Assembly: GCF_006345805.1 (NCBI RefSeq)
Contig: NW_021833103.1
Location: 1 to 58,721, forward strand
Reading direction: 5' to 3'
Origin: Octopus sinensis
Lineage: Eukaryota
Length of the DNA stretch: 58,721 nt
Made by a program: the position numbers and the translations under genes. Positions 37,476-47,171 of the stretch are shown here, one piece after another. Every line of letters begins with the position of its first letter. The first letter of the stretch is position 1. A model generated the notes under the pieces. It had not been told where the DNA came from and did not search any database. It worked only from the letters and a program-made list of their open reading frames with translations.

Positions 37476-37688
37476 TTTACTTGTTTCAGTCATTTGACTG
37501 CGGCCATACTGGAGCACCACGTTTTAGTCGAGCAAATCGACCCCAGGGCTTATTCTTTGTAACCCTAGTACTTATTCTATCGGTCACTTTTTGCTGAACC
37601 GCTAAGTTACGGGGACGTAAACACACCAGCATCGCATATCAAGCGCTGTTGGGGGGTTGGGGGCAAACACGGACACACACAAACACAA

Positions 37689-37734
<46 letters not shown>

Positions 37735-37896
37735 GACGGGCTTCTTTCAGTTTCCGTCTACGAAATCCACTCACAAGGCTTTGGTCGATCCGAGGCTATA
37801 GTAGAAGACACTTGCCCAAGGTGCCACGCAGTGGGACTGAACCTGGAACCATGTGGTTGGTAAGCAAGCTACTTATCACACAGCCACACCTGCGCC
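37476..37896 (-). mobile_element. SINE family B
   Basis: Full family match. Confidence 0.9.
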
Positions 37897-37902
37897 TTAT
37901 AT

Positions 37903-37936
<34 letters not shown>

Positions 37937-38779
37937 GAAATTAAGTGTACAAGTAGATATATAACTGCTGCTCATATACTTAGAGCTCCCCGTAGATTTT
38001 GATAATCCAGTCTGCTTTCTGTATCGTTGTTAATTAACTACTGTACTAAATCACAGGACCAGTTATGAGCTCCAGAACGAATGTAAGGAAAATAAGGATA
38101 GACACACGTTCATATTAGATTTCCTGCTGTGTTTCACCATTGTGGTTGTTTGAAGCCCAGCAATTGATGTTCCCAATGTATATCGATACTGAAACACACC
38201 GGATAATATATAGGATATTATAAAGTGTTTCCTAAGGAGGATCTGTTGTGGTTGAGCATACATATGTATTCAGAATTTCCGTTGCTGGATTCAAAAAAGA
38301 CATAATGGAGAAACGTACGTCGGAACTTTAGTATAAGCTTGTGTTTAGACAGCGGAATGTGTAGATCTAATGGTGGAGGTGTGTGCAGTATGATGAAAAG
38401 TAGTAAATATCATAAAAATAAAAATAGAAAATAAAGATGCTAATAAGGCCGATGAGGTAACTTATAAATTAGCCATTACTGAATATAAGGATAACCTATG
38501 TGCACGGGGAATGAAATATAGTGTAAATACAAGTTCTGAAACCAATACCAACAATGTAGATAAGCTAAACATGTATTATGAAAATTATGATGTTATTCAT
38601 AATAAGAATAATATGATTAATAATAGTAATAATAAGAAGAAGAATAACTGTAGCCATTATGATATTCTGTATAGGAATAGGCTTAAATTTAAGACTAAAA
38701 AGTGTACTCCACGTGCCACTTTAGATACACTTAATGCTGTTAATTTGGCTTATTTTTCCTTATGCAAGGCAAATAAAAA

Positions 38780-39390
38780 CTAATTTAGTTACGCTGGGTT
38801 TTTTTACAGATCTATATTTAAGCATTTTAATCAGGAAAATAAACATAATAAAATGATTAATATTAAAAGGAGCAGAACCTAAAAATTTGTTTAGAATTAT
38901 CTCTTCATTTAATGATAAAAAAAACAGACAGTTTTTATAATAATAGAAGTAATAATCCTATTACCGATAATTATGTCACTAGAACTTGTGATTGTAGATT
39001 TAAGGATAAATGTTATTTCAATAATTTTTGTATGCAAAATAATCTCCTTTATAGATGTGGGGTTGAATCTGAAGAGAAAAATTATTTTATTGGGTCAACT
39101 GAAACTTATTAAAAAGTGAATTACAAACCAAGAGTATACTTTTAGGAATAGGGATAGGTTGAACAGTACTAGTTTGAGTAAATTTATATGGAAATTAAAG
39201 GATAGTATGAAATTGTACAATATTAAATGGCAAATACTTAGTAATGCTAGATCGTATAAGATTGCTGATGATAGATGTAACCTATGTGTGGATGAATTAC
39301 CTCAAATCTTAACATCTTAGAAGAAATTGCTTAATGACAGACGTGAGCGTGTTCTACCCTGTACACACTGTTCTAACTGTTTTTAGAAAA
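38780..39390 (+). pseudogene. Decayed Penelope GIY-YIG endonuclease region (different lineage from 21484)
   Basis: TRTCDCRFKDKC...NNLLYRC...YFIGSTE...NSTSLSKFIWKLKD...IKWQIL...RCNLC...LLN; in-frame stops. Confidence 0.75.
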
Positions 39391-39894
39391 TTTTATTAAG
39401 TGTGTATATCTATGTACATGTATGTATCTATATGCATGTATGTCTATGTGTATATGTATGATTGTGTATATTTGTATATATGTATGTGTATATGTATAGG
39501 TATATGTTTCTTGTATTTATATCTGATGGTGTATATCTGTCTTTATGTATGTGTATATGTTTTCATATCTAAATGTATTTGTATTCTATGGATTCCCTCC
39601 TTCGTTGTACTTTTCACAATGAGAGAAAAGTCAAACACTGCAAGTAGATGTGTGAAAAACGAAATTTGAATTTTGAAAAAGTGTATCTATAAAGCGACAT
39701 CTTCAGTCATTTATTTAAACTCTCTGCTAACTCATCAAATTCAATTATTTAAAAGGAAATGGGTTTTGAGATTTAAATTTGGTAATTTTCTAAGATTTTA
39801 ATTCTTGTGTATAAGGGGCCCACCGAGTTTAAAGTGCCCCCTTCCTTCAGGTTTAAATCTGGTCTTGACGATAATTGAATTAATTAATTAATTA

Positions 39895-39899
<5 letters not shown>

Positions 39900-39983
<84 letters not shown>
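39900..39983. repeat. (AAT)n
   Basis: Direct reading. Confidence 0.95.
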
Positions 39984-39985
<2 letters not shown>

Positions 39986-40700
39986 AGAGTATCTCAACAG
40001 GCACGATAGAGCTGCACAATATATTCACTGGGTAATCTGTAAAAACCTGGATTTGCCCCATGAAAAAAACTGGTGGGAACACAAACCACCCCCAGTGCTT
40101 GAAAATGACCACATCTCACTCCTCTGGAACTTCACCATTCAAACTGACAGGAAGATAGATGCAAATAGGCCAGACATCATATTGAAAGACTTCAAACAAA
40201 GAACATGCCTCCTCATTGATATGACTGTCCCAATCGATATAAACGTATCTGTCAGGACCTACCAAAAACTGAGCAAATATAAAGATCTTGAAATAGAAAT
40301 CAGCAAAATGTGGAAGCTGAAGACTAAAACAATACCTGTTGTCATAGGTGCCCTGGGAATGATAGCAAAAGGGGCTGATAGCTACCTAACTCAGATACCA
40401 GGAAACCCAAAAATGGCAGAAGTTCAAAAGATAGTGCTCATGGGAACTGCTCATATCCTACGCAAAATACTCTCTATGTAACCTCATGGTTTAAAACAAC
40501 CATAATTTTCGGTTTAAAAAAAAAAAAAAAAAAAAAAAACTTTTTTTTTTAGACATTCATTAATACAACATCCCCACCCCCCAAATATATGGCACACTAG
40601 GCATAACAACAACATGAACTTCCAACCCTGTTGTCTCTTGAGGTCTCTGGGTGAGACTTGGAGCCAACTTGTACAAATATAAAGCAAAAGTCAAACATAG
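39984..40700 (+). mobile_element. R4/Dong-type non-LTR retrotransposon 3' end (RLE), copy 1
   Basis: YLNRHD, LLWNFTIQTD...NRPDII...LIDMTVP...KLSKYKDL...IPVVIGALG...GTAHILRKILS*; bounded by (AAT)n on both sides. Confidence 0.9.
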
Positions 40701-40721
40701 AATAATAATAATAATAATAAT

Positions 40722-41467
40722 GTCTTGCGTAGAAAGTGTAGACATGACAAAGTATCCCAAAACCTCCATTGGCTACTATGCCGTAAGTATGGATATAAGG
40801 TTACGAGTGCTTGTTACCAACATACACCGGAAAAAGTAATGGACAAAAAAGGGAAAGCAAAAATCCTCTGGGACTTTGATTTCCAGACAGACAAAGTGTT
40901 AGAGCACCGAAGGCCGGGTATAGTAATCTTTAGGAGGGACAAACTAGAGTGCCTAATAATCGATGTGGTAGTGTCAGGAGATCAACATATCCTCATGAAA
41001 GAAGGAGAAAAAGTTGATAAATATTGAGACCTGAGAATTGAGATCACTAAGATGTGGTAGTTACGAGAGTCGAACATAAAGTTTATCCCTATTGTCATCG
41101 AAGCATTGGGTTCAATACCACCCAATCTGAAAACCTTAGAGATACCCTACAATCTAGATGTATTGCAAAATTCGGCATTACTTGGAACTGCACGCATATT
41201 GCTTAAAAGACTGTGTGTCTGAGGTCCTTGTTGTGACTTGACAAATTCGGCATTACTTGGAACTGCACGCATATTGCTTAAAAGACTGTGTGTCTGAGGT
41301 CCTTGTTGTGACTTGACAAATTCGGCATTACTTGAAACTGCACGCATATTGTGTAAAGTATTCTGTCTGTCTGAGATCCTTGTTGTGACTTGACAAACAG
41401 TACAAGCCTCCGGTAGACACAATATCTTCAATCAACAACATCACGATATTGGATACTGTGAGACGTC

Positions 41468-41468
<1 letters not shown>
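40722..41468 (+). mobile_element. R4/Dong-type 3' end, copy 2 (different family, decayed)
   Basis: RHDKV..LHW, ILWDFDFQTDK..EHRRPGIV...IIDV...EKVDKY*DL...IPIVIEALG; 75-bp triplication at 41168-41392. Confidence 0.85.
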
Positions 41469-41532
<64 letters not shown>

Positions 41533-41620
41533 TAACAATAATAATAGTAATAATAATAACAATAACAATAATAATAGTAATAATAATAACAATAACAATA
41601 ATAATAGTAATAATAATTAA
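41469..41620. repeat. (AAT)n with AAC/AGT variants
   Basis: Direct reading. Confidence 0.95.
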
Positions 41621-41892
41621 TGAATACTTTTACATAATGTCATATCGTGATCAAAAGCTTTTCTATCGCAAGTATTTCCGGATATTATTCTGCAGGTGAT
41701 TAATTTATAAATATATAAACATCGATTTACATTTTTTGCCTCTGATAAACTAAGTAATTATTGTTTTGTACTAGGAATAATGTTTATTCCGCCTATATAT
41801 GTGTATGCGTACGTACATACATACATACATACATACATACATACATACATACATACATACATACATACATACACGCGTATGTATGTATGTAT

Positions 41893-42677
41893 GTACACGT
41901 TAATATTTTACGAGGAAAAGGTTGGCCATAACTTCGACGTTTCGGGTTGCTGGTCTTCGTTAAACTGCTTCACTTAGGATCTTTTGATGTGGTGTAAGTA
42001 GAATTGAGTAGGAGTTGTGTAGGAAGAGGTGGTGGAGAAGGACAGGAGGAAACTATGTTTACGGGTTGCGGGTTGGTGGGAAGTTATTGCGAGGAGAGTT
42101 TATTTGGTCTGATGTTGTAACATTTGTTATTATTCAAGATTCGGTCAAGCGTAGAAGCAACTGCGTAAATAAGTCGTGACAAATTCAGGTGACTCTACTC
42201 TTTGTATAAAAAGCTGCTTTTTGTTGCATTTTAGAGTTTCCAAAAGAATGTTTCTGGAATGAATTATTTGACCACTTATCATTGGTTAAATTGGCGTTGA
42301 ATTGGTGCAATCAGATTTCTATTAAGAAATTTCAAACTTTGTTTTGGAAAGTAACCCTGCACTCATTAGAGGTAGACGATCGCCATATTTCATTCCAAAT
42401 CGACTACCTCTGATGAGCGCAGTGTTACATAATTGGATTGTTACATAACACTCCGTTGAATCCCTAGTAAACCGATTAGTAAGATCGGTCGTAATGGATA
42501 TATAATACTGTACGCATCGGATAATATACTCACTCTATTGACATATATACGAATGCATTAAAATTGCGGAGACTGTGTTACTATAAATAATTATCAAGGC
42601 TTGTTTCATGTTTGAATATTTGTATTGATATACGCAAAGAAATATTTGAAAATTCCAAAAATTAAAATGTCTAAGAG
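41893..42677. mobile_element. ~785-bp element, copy 2, inverted relative to copy 1
   Basis: See 36393-37186; its hammerhead (CUGAUGA 42410-42416) has lost the 3' side of stem II and the G of GAAA. Confidence 0.85.
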
Positions 42678-42895
42678 TGGGGATTTGGAAAGGTTAAAAT
42701 TGCAGAGACAATGTTACTGTAAATGATTATCAAGATTTACTCATGTCAATACAAATAACCATTCTAGAAGTTTCTTGCGTGGTTATTTGTATTGATATTG
42801 TATTATTACACAGAAAGCCACGTACGTAATCCCATGGCATTAAATATACACAAAAAAAGGGCCATAAAGTTAATGTTATTCCCCATGCACGTTGG

Positions 42896-42930
<35 letters not shown>

Positions 42931-43017
42931 AGAGTTTACGAAAAAAACAAAAGACGAAGACATGTTGTGTAGAAAACAAACAGATGTATTAGTATAATGC
43001 TCAGGAATAGAAAAAGT

Positions 43018-43053
43018 CTTTTACGTTTCGAGCCTACGCTCTTCTACAGAAAG
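43018..43053 (-). ncRNA. Minimal hammerhead motif inside a short TA-flanked element (about 42925-43110)
   Basis: CUUU-CUGUAGA-A-GAGC(GUAG)GCUC-GAAA-CGU-A-AAAG; all stems pair but core A6 is U. Confidence 0.55.
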
Positions 43054-43587
43054 GGACACAGAAAAAACAAGGAGAGAAAAACATGTGTGTAGTGGCTAAC
43101 GATCTATCATGGCGACTAGTAATATATATATATATATATATGAGAAGTAAATATATATGCAATATATAAATAAACAAAATTGAAATATAGCAATACATAT
43201 GTATATCAACATAGATGTGCATGTATATAGATATACATACGTATATGTATATGGATCAATTAGCCCTGTTTATAAAGGAACTATAAAGGTTACATATATT
43301 ATATTATACTTTGATATTGTATGGCCTGCGATCCCCGTTGAGAGGTCCCTGATATTAAATGAAGTGTTTACACTTATGGTATGCAAATTAGTCAGCCCGG
43401 TTTTCTCTTGCCCCTTGTGATAGTTGGCTATAGGAACAGATTGACTGCCTGTTTCCTTGGGATTCATCAAATTGATTTGGACACCTCTGGTGAGAATCCA
43501 ATAAGATTCGGAAATCGATTAAGGTTATTCATCATTTTGCCAATCAACAGAGAAACAGCTAAATTAGCCCTGTTTATAAAGGTACTG

Positions 43588-43889
43588 TGAAGGCACGTGG
43601 CTTAGTGGTTAGGGCATTCGGCTCACGATCGTGAGTTCAATTCCCGGCGACGCGTTGTGTCCTTGAGCAAGACACTTTATTTCATGTTATTCCAGTTCAC
43701 TCAGCTGGCAAAAATGAGTAGTACCTGTATTTCAAAGGGCCATCCTTGTCACACACTGTGCCACGCCGTTTTAAGTTGAGAGAACACGTGTCTGTGGAGT
43801 GCTCAGCCACATGCACGTTAATTTCACGAGCAGGCTGTTCGTTGATCGGTTCAACTGGAACTCTCATCGTCGTAACCGACGGAGAGCCA
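43588..43889 (+). mobile_element. SINE family D head with tail type Y, flanked by a 14-bp TSD
   Basis: A-box TGGCTTAGTGG, B-box GAGTTCAATTCCC, TGTGTCCTTGAGCAAGACACTT; TTTATAAAGGTACT at 43573-43586 and 43890-43903. Confidence 0.9.
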
Positions 43890-43910
43890 TTTATAAAGGT
43901 ACTATATATG

Positions 43911-43948
<38 letters not shown>

Positions 43949-44502
43949 TCTGACGCGATCTTTTCCCGCTAATCCAACCTGAACGGATGGAAGATTTGGC
44001 GAAAGTGGTGAAGTTGACTTCTGTTTGATCTAATCATTTACGTCTAGGCATAGAAATATTTTCTTCCGATCATATCTTGATACACTAAACTTGCATCCAT
44101 CTTCTTCTTCTTCCTAATTGATGCTGTGGCTCACATGACCGGTGTCTCTCTGAGAATCAGTTGACCGATTAATCGCATTCTTACAGAATTGAACTTTGAG
44201 CAAAGATTAATATTGCAAAGAAGTGTGTTCAAACAATATATACACTTGCTCGGGAGTGTTTGATCTGCATTGATGGTAACTTCTGTATTTTCAAGTGGTT
44301 AAATGTCATCACGTATTAACTACGTATGTTTATTACAGATTAGCTGCGCATAAATACTTTTATATCTGCATGACATTACCTATACTGACACACCCTGTCC
44401 TTATTTATTCGATCTTAGTGTGTGTGTATACGAGTGAGTGAATAAACGAAAGAAAGCGTCCCTCAACACATATGATAGGTGTTGTGTGTGTGTGTCAGTC
44501 TG

Positions 44503-44524
44503 TATTATCCGAAGCGTACAGTAT

Positions 44525-44586
<62 letters not shown>

Positions 44587-44845
44587 TTTACGGCCGATCT
44601 TACCAATAGGTTTCATGCTAGGGATTCAACGGAGTAACCCTGCACTCATTAGAGGTAGACGATCGCCATATTTCATTCCAAATCGACTATCTCTGATGAG
44701 CGCAGTGTTACATAGTTGGATTGTTACATAACACTCCGTTGAATCCCTAGCGCGAAACCGATTAGTAAGATCGGTTGTAATGGATATATAATACTGTGCG
44801 CATCGGATAATATACCCATTCTATTGACATATATACGAATGCATT
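44503..44845. ncRNA. Palindromic cassette with two divergent hammerhead motifs
   Basis: 44503-44660 mirrors 44685-44812; plus core CUGAUGA 44693-44699, GAAA 44754-44757, GUU; minus core CUAAUGA...GAAA with stem II GUGC/GCAU. Confidence 0.65.
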
Positions 44846-45104
44846 TTTCCCCTGACTTATGGACTCTTAGACACTCACACACACGCGCACACACAAATAC
44901 ACACACACATAATTTTTTTTAATAACAGTTTTGTTTCGGCTACATGCAGCATAATGTTTCATAAGCTCGTCAGGTTTTGTCACCTTTGCCTGACGAGATA
45001 GATTCGTATGACGAACCTCAGAAAAGTTTAAGTCGAATGGAGCCGAATCAAACCGTTATTAAATAATAATAACAGTATTTTGGTAAGAATTGTATAATTC
45101 TTAC

Positions 45105-45237
45105 CAAAATGTGTTGAGTGTAATTTGCATTTGAAGCTCTTTCCAAATAATATTGACGAAAGTGGGCAGAAGTTGTCTGGGTCGTGTGTGCCAGCGAACT
45201 CCTATATATCCAGGTATGGTATCCGGGAGGAGTGAAA
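45105..45237 (-). CDS. Candidate host-gene exon, product unknown
   Basis: Acceptor TATTTGTGTTACACAG, donor TTG|GTAAGA, 133 nt, two open frames, non-repetitive sequence; no recognisable homology. Confidence 0.35.
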
Positions 45238-45582
45238 CTGTGTAACACAAATACATATGGAAAGTAGCCTGATGCAAATTAAGAGGTCCCTTATTGACGT
45301 AGAAGCCCTTATTCACGACCGTCCTCGTATCTCCTGTCCTTTTCCTTAATGGCATATCAGCTTTCGAGAATTCTTGATTCTTGGGGTTGTCTCCCCTTTT
45401 TATATGGGGCTATTTTCAGTTGCCATTTGATAATTGTGTCACATCTTCTTGAAGCGGAGGTGATTTTAATAAATCAAAAATTTATGAAGTATCGTATTTA
45501 TTGTACCTGTATTTTCCACGTCCCACCCCTGCATACAGACACACACACACACACACACACAAAAGCACACACGTGTTTTTTT

Positions 45583-45966
45583 TTGGAAGCACTCCGTCGG
45601 TTACAACGACGAGGGTTCCGGTTGATCCGAATCAACGGAACAGCCTGCTCGTGAAATTAACGTGTAAGAGGCTGAGCACTCCACAGACACATGCACCCTT
45701 AACGTAGTTCTCGGGGATATTCACCGTGACACAGAGAGTGACAAGGCCGGCCCCTTGAAATACAGGTACAACAGAAACAGGAAGTAAGAGTGAGAGAAAG
45801 TTGTGGTGAAAGAGTACAGCAGGGATCACCACCATCCCCTGCCAGAGCGTCGTGGAGCTTTAGGTGTTTTCGCTCAATAAACACTCACAACGCCCGGTCT
45901 GGGAATCGAAATCGCGATCCTATGACCGCGAGTCCGCTGCCCTAACCACTGGGCCATTGCGCCTCC
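45583..45966 (-). mobile_element. SINE family C head with tail type Y
   Basis: Near-identical to 26751-27133. Confidence 0.9.
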
Positions 45967-46939
45967 ACTACACACGTGTACTCAATTTTTAAAGAAAATT
46001 CCGATCATATTCTTGTCCAGATAACGTTGAACTCAACATCGCATTTTTGTAAGTTTTTCACTGAACAACTTCTGTTACTTGCAGTTGTTTTTGTTGCTTG
46101 GTTGTCTATTTAAATCCGAATGGAACTGAGTCAGCGGGGGCCGCCATTGTCTTAATCATAAATATTAAACAATGTCGCTGACGGGATACGAAGAGTCGGT
46201 TGTCCGGCGGAAACCTATCAACTCCGCCTTCGCCGTATAATGACAGACGATAATAAACGAGAAAGGAGAGCAACAGCGGTAGCAATCACAACAGCAGCAG
46301 CAACACAAGAGTCCTTGTAACAATTATGGTCTCCCGGCTATTATCTTAAGTAGATATATTTCATGTTTGGATAGATTCGACGTTGTCGTGTGTCGAAGGT
46401 ATTGCTCATACTTTATGAGATTTGTACCGGCTTTAACTAGCAAATTGGTTTAGTATTTTCGTATGTATGTATGTGTGTGTGTGGTGTATGCGTGTGAATA
46501 GTCTGGTGTCCCTGTCAGCGCAGAATCTAGATAATTATACGGTTTTTTCACCTGGCATTCGTTAATACGAAAGAGAAAATAATAAGAAGAGAAAATGTAG
46601 AAGACAAGATAATAAAGAAGTAACATTTGAAAAATAGCGCAAACATCAACAAAAACTAACGAAAATACGTCAGCAATGCTTGGTAAAAAAAAAAATAGGG
46701 TAAAAAACGGAATAAACAATGAAACGAAACGAAACTGAAAATTTGAAATAATATAACAGAGAAATAAAAGGTAACTGCTTAATTAACATAATATATGTAG
46801 TGGGGTATATACGAATATTAGTGTGACATGTAATTAACATAATTAACATAGTGGGATGTGCATGAAGATTACAATGATTTATGGTTGGAGAGTAGAGGGG
46901 TTGGAGGGTAAAAGCTGACAGGATAATGAGATTTACACA

Positions 46940-46994
<55 letters not shown>

Positions 46995-47171
46995 TACCTC
47001 CGTTCACTCTTCACTCATCTTCATTTAATATTTCACCAAACTGCTCGCGTAACAACTTCCCACCAAAAAAATATCTTCAATTCTTTCTCTTCATCTGAGA
47101 ATTTCTAATCCTTTCATTCTCTCCTGCGAGACTTTTATCTGTCATCGACACCATTTCGTGCCGCAACCGAA

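Noticed and set aside
38063-38783. Short ORFs 38063-38263 and 38511-38783 as genes
   Set aside because: Low-complexity Asn/Lys-rich or featureless, no splice or homology signal; probably decayed Penelope flank.
43588-43650. tRNA genes at A-box/B-box sites
   Set aside because: No complete cloverleaf; each continues into a SINE body found in multiple copies.
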